A stretch of 63,960 nucleotides of DNA, counting the filler, from Globobulimina sp. (taxonomy: Eukaryota): the NCBI GenBank assembly GCA_003354225.1. It is 25 parts of 25 records of this genome, joined end to end, with 100 filler letters (N's around TTAATTAATTAA, not from the genome) between each part and the next. Parts side by side here need not be neighbours in the genome. Positions count along the whole stretch, not along the records: positions 58,939 to 61,399 come from PIVH01006569.1; positions 61,500 to 63,960 come from PIVH01006570.1; 23 more parts are not named here. One strand, given 5' to 3'. Below are positions 58,970 to 63,960 of the stretch, piece by piece. The notes under the pieces are model-generated. The model searched no databases, was not told where the DNA came from, and saw nothing but the letters and a program-made list of their open reading frames with translations. A program made the position numbers and the translations under genes. Positions within the stretch are counted from its first letter, which is position 1; each line of letters begins with the position of its first letter.

Positions 58970-61125
58970 TCAATAACTCTCTTCTTCTTCGTCTTCGTCA
59001 TAATCATCATCATCTTTTTCATCAGATTCCTCATCGTCGGGATCCACAATTTTCGCCTCTTGATATTTTTTATATTTTTGAATCAATTCATTGATATTTT
59101 TGTCCGCTTCAATAAATTCATACGAATCCATTCCTTGATCGTAAAACTGTGACAACATTTTTTTTTGCTGGAAATTGGTCTTAAATATTCCTCTCATATT
59201 TTTATATATTTTTAAGATCGCAGTGGAATGAATAACGGACGTAGCTATTAACGGTGTATATTGATCATAATACCAACATTGTTTATAAATCAATGATGAC
59301 TGAAATGGCATGGGATCAATTACTAATTTATCGTCGCATAATTCGTTGGTTAACCCTCGCAATTTATGATCAAAATCGTTTATTATCGCATCATTATTAC
59401 TTTTATAAACAGTGATATGTTGAATAATTTTGCCAGATTTTATCATATCAATTTTGGACGCTGCTCCACAGGAAACATTGTTCATTTTCGACAATATTTC
59501 AGATTTTATCTGCGCTGCACTCAATTGAATCTGTCTTGTTTTCTCACTGAAAAATGGAGAATGTGCCATACTTAAATGCGTAGCGCCAGCATGCAAGGCA
59601 AAGCTCATATACATTTTGCTGAGATTACTAACTAATTCTGGTTCGCCATAAAATCGAAAGGAAGATGTCACGCCACTTAAAACCAACGATATCAACCAAT
59701 TATAATCTGCAAAAGTAATATTCCCAGGCTTTGAACTTAATTTTTCAGCAATTTGATGAATGGCTGCATTATTTATTGCAAATAGTAAATCAGTTTTCGT
59801 CCGCAATGTATTTAATGTCAATAAGGAATTATAATTGGATAAGACATCACTTTCCTTCTTCTCAATGGTAGCTGGATAGATGCAGAAATTGGCAAATATT
59901 TTGCCAGAATAATCGTCTCTTAATGCGCTTTGGATTAAACTTGTGAGTCCTCCGCCGCTGCCACCGCTGATACTATGGAAAATATTAAAACCTTGCAAGT
60001 TATCACATAATTCAATGGTGGACCGTATGACATCTTTGATGTTGTAAAATATCTCCTTACCACTCGTGTAATGTCCCTGCGGCCAATAACTATTTAGTTT
60101 TGTTGAGCCTGCATGGTGCAAAGTGAGTTAGTTAGTAAGTTTTCTACTCAATGAAAAATGTGAAAGCGCTTTTGAAAATAATCAAAACACAGACTTTTGG
60201 TACCTGAATATCCGCAAAACGAATCTGTATCAATCAACGAGCCCAAATACCCGGCTTGTAACGCATTTAAATTATCCAAATCCAAATCGACGAATATTGA
60301 CCGTGGACAAAATGTATCCTCCTTGCAATTGAAATATGTATTGATTTTATCCAATAATATATTATCCGTATTATCATCCAAATCGCCGATAAATTCTCCC
60401 GTTTGGTTGATTTTATGTTCATTCATGATAAGTTTATAAAATTGGCTACCAATATTTGTGCCTGATCCACCCACACAAATTGTAATGATTTCATTGCCCG
60501 AAACAGTAAATGGCACATCGCTGAATTGATTATTTGCGGCGGAGTCCGCTGTGCCAAAATATTGTGTGTCATATGCAATGGCACAATCTGGCTTTTTCAA
60601 CAATAAATCAGTGCGCGATAAGAATGAATCCTTATTTTCATTGTCTGTTCGTGCTGATACAGCCATGGATATTTTAGACTGTGTTGAGCCACATATCATT
60701 GTTTCCATTGAGGTTACGATGTTTTTCATAATGTTTATATTTTCAATGGTTTTGTCACTTTTTAAAATGACGATTATGGCTGTTTTATGCGCTGCTAGTT
60801 TATAAATTGATAAATTATGTTTGGGGAATTGTTGCATTGCGACGGATTGAATGGATGAAACGACATTGTTTGATAATTGTTGGCTTACCATTTTGGAGTA
60901 TTTTTTATTTATTTGTTGGATGTTTTCAATGTTGCAATATATTAAAAATGTTGTATGTGTGTTATTTTTACAAAGTGCGTCCATTTTTTTATGTAATTCA
61001 TCGACGTTGCCGACATTTTGTGCTTGTCCTGATGGGTACTTTTGTTCTTCGTCATTGTTTAAACCTGCTTTTTGTGCGATATTTAATATTTGTTGTAGCG
61101 CTGCTAACTGCTCTTGAGTTGCCAT
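58970..61125 (-). CDS. Degenerate GGDEF-like domain fused to divergent beta-type tubulin (686 aa, 2 exons)
   Basis: Intron 60109-60203 (GT...TACTAAC...CAG) joins the ORFs in frame; EIITICVGGSGTNIG, PRSIFVDL, WPQGHYT, CDNLQGF, HSISGGSGGG, GMDSYEFIEA, acidic tail. Confidence 0.85.
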
Positions 61126-61261
61126 GGTGTAAATACAAAATAATGTGTTTTTAAATGGTAGAGAATGGGTGGAATTAATACACGAAAAACAAAATTGTCA
61201 CAGGACGAATTGAGCGTTTTTGTAGAAAGAAAAATGGATCGAGAAAACAATAACATTTAAT

Positions 61262-61399
61262 AGAATTAGTGCATTTAACTGAATTGAAAGCAAAGTCGAT
61301 AATTCAGTTTATTTTATCCGTCTACAGTCTATATTTATTAGACTAATCGAATAAATGTTTAATTATATCAATCATATTTATGTTGAAAGGATATAATAC
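61262..61399 (-). mobile_element. Diverged MITE copy (right end)
   Basis: Reverse complement aligns collinearly with about 33415-33549, with scattered substitutions. Confidence 0.75.
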
Positions 61400-61538
61400 N
61401 NNNNNNNNNNNNNNNNNNNNNNNNNNNNNNNNNNNNNNNNNNNTTAATTAATTAANNNNNNNNNNNNNNNNNNNNNNNNNNNNNNNNNNNNNNNNNNNNA
61501 TTTTGATAAATTCCGTTTGCCGCAAAATTGCAGTTTAA

Positions 61539-63960
61539 TTTTTTTTTTTCAAGGAAAGAACCAATTTAAATATGGCATCTAAATTTAATTAAATATATTC
61601 CACATAGAATCAATACTAAAAAGGAAAGATTGGGACAAACTCATAATAACAAAATCAAAGAAATGAGTTTGTAACACACATAAAACACAACACAATAACT
61701 ATATGAATAGATATAAAATGATCAAAACTATTTTATTATATCCAATGCATTGTCGCTTCACTAATTTAAATTAATTAATTGTTTTTAAATAGATTTTCTT
61801 GATTATAGATTGAGTAATGATGCAGAAGAGAGACTGCATTTGCCTTATTTAATCGGGTTGAAATATACTGGAAGCAATATCCTGTTGAAACAGATATTTC
61901 TTCATTGATAGAAGCCGCACGTAGTTTCGCTACGCGTTTAATAAACTCGACGGCGTCTTTATGAATGCCCCCGTAATCCTCCATTATAAACGGGAGATAT
62001 ATTAATCCGTTTACATCCGGATTTATATTATTTAAATGATTTTGATATTTATTAATTTTGTGATCATAGAAATGCTTCGCAGCACTCAATTTTTCTCGGG
62101 CCGCCAGTTCGTAGCGACTGTCACAAACAACTGACGTAATACCAATATCTAAAGCCAATGACTCACCGTTCGGCCCCCAATTATTGATATAAATATCAGC
62201 TGGTTTCATTTGATTGTTATTGAACATATGTCTCAATTCTATTGAGTGTTTAATGTCAGCTGCATCTAATAAGTGAGATACTGCATTTACAATCAAATCA
62301 TGTTTATATATTATGCCGGTGCCATGTTTGCATATTATACCATGGTCGCCATATTTATCTACTTTTTCATTGCAGGTCATGCAATTTTCATTACTTATTA
62401 TTAGTATATGTCTCAATTTGCGTTTAATAAGTATTCGCCACTCAGGATTGCTGTAAATCATTCCGTAGTTCTTAATCATTGGCGCGTTAAGCCAGGCATT
62501 TGCATTTCTGTTACACTGCGATTGCAATGCTGCCTTAGCTTTGCCAGTAGCAATACTTAATAAATAATTTAATTGTTTTGCTTGTATCGCATTTATCATC
62601 CATTTGGTTGTATGGACGGCACTGTCGAAAGTCTGGATGTTATACCGGGGATTTACTGATGTATTATAGATTGATAATGAATATGCGATGCGTTGCTGTA
62701 CGATTTTCATATGATTTATATATATATCCGATGCAATTAATCGTTTACAAATCACTTTCGCTGCAAATATAGCTGGCAAATAGATCGCGCTTATTTTATC
62801 GGTCGCAGTGCGCATACCTAATCCAGCTTTTTTTGTAGAGAGGCTACATTGTAAAAATTCAACGTCGTTCAATATAAAACCAAACATTAATGTACATAAT
62901 TCGCGTAATTGTTTGTCGTATATCCTCGCAATTTGTATACTTATTTTTGGTGCCAAGACTCTAATCCAATATATTATTTTGGAAATATTTATGTAATCCT
63001 TCATAATTTTAGTTTGTAAATGGGCTTCTTCCATCGATGCAATTTTGTTGATACTTTTCTTAATTTTATCTAATTTTATTTTCATTTTATTGATTATGTA
63101 ATCATCAGAGCCAATGGGTACGTTTAAACACTCTGAATTTCCATATTCATTAATTTTAAATTGTTTCAAATCATCAGATAGCTGGTCCCAAATCATATTT
63201 TTGTTGCCACCGCAAGTTATTATACTTTTTGAATGATTTAAATGAAAACCAAAAATCGGTCCAATTGTTTTGACAATTTTAATAATAAGATTTGCGTCGC
63301 TAATTTTTAACAGTTCAAAGGTGTCGTCGACATAGCCGGCTTCGCCTTTTTTGATAAAATCAGGTTTGATTTCAATACATTTTTTGAGCACGGTTTCATT
63401 GAATTTCTTTGATACAACATTTGTTAATACGGACGACGACGTGCTTCCTTGTCCCAGTCCCTGTTCATTCTGTAATATATCATCATTATTTAAATAGATA
63501 TAATACGGTTTGTGATATTTTTGCCTGTTATTGAATATCAGCTTTTTGGACAATAATGTATTCCGGGTTTACTTTAATAAATTTGCACGCCGCCTCCATA
63601 CTTAATATCATAGCCTCTGCACCGGATTTTTCCTCTGAAATCTGCGTAGAATCAATAGCTAATCGAATTTGGTCCGATGCGATGTCGATGCCAATCATTG
63701 TGGACAATGTTATAATTGAATTACTTATAATTATTGGGCGGATATCGCAACAAATTCCGTTTTTAATTTTATTTGCCGGAACCAGGCGGCCACCGTTAAT
63801 GTATGGGGCAACGTAGGAATTAATGTTGCCGTTAATAATGAGTTTAAATAACGCTTTGAAAGCACGATCTAACTCGGTGCCACTGCGTTGTTTCCATAAT
63901 TGTATGATATGGTTATTAGATAAGCCAATAATGCCAGGGGCCGCGCAGTCGTTTAATTTG
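61539..63960 (-). mobile_element. CRE-like non-LTR retrotransposon (RT + zinc knuckle + RLE endonuclease), 5' partial, disrupted
   Basis: AAPG, IRPI, GAEA (upstream frame); GLGQG, YVDD; CMTC..D..GDH..IC, KHD, PADI..ALDI, K..KY; A11 run at 61539-61549 after 3' UTR. Confidence 0.9.

Noticed and set aside
2465-61499. Periodic TTAATTAATTAA repeats as a CRISPR-like or regularly interspaced array
   Set aside because: Artificial N-padded linkers between length-sorted contigs
1-63960. Gene clusters or operons spanning the window (e.g. G-beta + RGS + GPCR, tubulin + retroelement)
   Set aside because: Members lie on different contigs; adjacency is arbitrary

Overview
This is not one locus. It is 25 unrelated contigs of 2461-2464 bp, sorted by decreasing length and joined by artificial 100-nt spacers (N44-TTAATTAATTAA-N44), so no gene-neighbourhood inference holds across spacers. 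The DNA is from an AT-rich eukaryote with the standard code and short (about 50-100 nt) spliceosomal introns. The gene families (Kelch, RCC1, TPR, SAM, SPRY, RING/RBR, GPCR-like, divergent tubulin) suggest a rhizarian, probably a foraminifer (inference). A fold-back inversion and short foreign fragments at contig ends suggest whole-genome amplification chimeras. Recognisable genes include SmF, a calmodulin-like protein, a G-beta-like WD40 protein, a DHHC acyltransferase, an RBR E3, a J-domain protein, a DEAD-box-like helicase and a membrane-anchored agmatine/peptidylarginine deiminase. Mobile DNA comprises two non-LTR retrotransposons (APE-type and CRE-like RLE-type), a Sola-like transposase and a ~268-bp MITE seen on three contigs. 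Most notable: (1) a spliced 686-aa gene fusing a degenerate GGDEF-like domain to a complete divergent beta-type tubulin; (2) a clean AT-AC intron lacking the U12 consensus in the calmodulin-like gene; (3) a ~25-aa 'LxxGYIR..PxDI' module attached to Kelch, TPR and RCC1 scaffolds; (4) a MITE insertion that truncates a 7TM gene. All family calls are by-eye motif recognition; no database search was run.
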